From: Bugula neritina
Taxonomy: Eukaryota; Animalia; Bryozoa
DNA: 64,000 nt
Assembly: GCA_964035545.1 (NCBI GenBank)
Contig: OZ037766.1
Span: forward strand, 23,114,767-23,178,766
Direction: 5' to 3'
Of this stretch, positions 63,189-64,000 are shown piece by piece. Each line of letters opens with the position of its first letter. The stretch's first letter is position 1. A program made the translations under genes and the position numbers. The notes below the pieces were generated by a model. The model saw only the letters and a list, made by a program, of their open reading frames with translations. It searched no databases and was not told where the DNA came from.

Positions 63189-64000
63189 ATAACTGTATGC
63201 TAAATTCATATTTAAACTTGCATAGTCTTTCATAAATGCTACTTTTTAACTTATACTAAATTTTGACTAACACTATTTCTTAGTAGCTACAATAAAATGA
63301 AATGAAGGAAGAGTACGCATGGGTTTATATATAACTCTCAATATAGTGTTTAGCAAACTTCACCTTTTATACTTTCTATGAAACCACATTTTCACTTTCC
63401 CTTGTGCAACATAGGCTTTCAGAAAGATCAGAAAATTAAAACCTGTTTTGTAATTGGATAAAGGTATTAGCCATTAGTTTTTAGCAAAGATAATCTAATA
63501 TTAGTTTGTTTGAAAAATTAGACATCAACATTTATTTGCTATGACATTACCGAGTTATCTATGTTTTCAGAAAAACACTCCTGGTGTAATGTTTTTATTT
63601 TCAATTGCTGTGTCATAAGAGGTTAAAGGTTTATGTTATTGGCTCAATAAAATGTTTTTCATTACTTATACTTCATCTATGTTTATTCTTCTGTAATGTG
63701 GGCTTAATTATTTTTATAACACTTTTGGAAGTTGTGTTATAGAGAGAAGGTTATTATAGTCAAATATATTTGAAGCACTATTCCAAAGAAGTCATGCTTT
63801 AAAACAAAGAAGTAAACTATATAAACTTCATAAAAATACAATATATTATTTATTAATATTGTCCCTTTAGCTTTATAATACAGCATAAGAGATTACAAGT
63901 TTATTAGATTATATATATATGCATGGCAATAAAGCTGCAGTAATGAGAATATTTTATATATACTATTTGCAAATGAAATGAACAGTATTATCGTAGTGTA

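Overview
AT-rich, intron-rich animal genomic DNA, probably an invertebrate (lophotrochozoan-like; this is inference). Five spliced protein-coding genes can be rebuilt by hand from splice sites and conserved motifs: (1) the 5' part of a prolyl 4-hydroxylase alpha subunit (minus strand, runs off the left edge); (2) HELLS/LSH SNF2-family chromatin remodeler (plus); (3) an adhesion GPCR with EGF-like, pentraxin, hormone-receptor, GAIN/GPS and 7TM regions (plus); (4) poly(A)-specific ribonuclease PARN (minus); (5) a FAM167-family gene (plus). Introns and intergenic DNA hold a tRNA-derived SINE family (4 near-full copies plus an inverted pair), decayed RTE- and CR1-like LINEs, MITEs, and many mini- and microsatellites. 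The most notable non-coding signal is an antisense, highly structured 272-nt unit bounded by two type I hammerhead ribozyme motifs in a HELLS intron (retrozyme or Penelope-like, candidate self-cleaving circular RNA). Other oddities: intronic tandem arrays built from splice-site sequences, an ATG split by an intron, two GC-AG introns, and a GPS motif lacking the autoproteolysis residues. All coordinates were read by eye; no searches were run.
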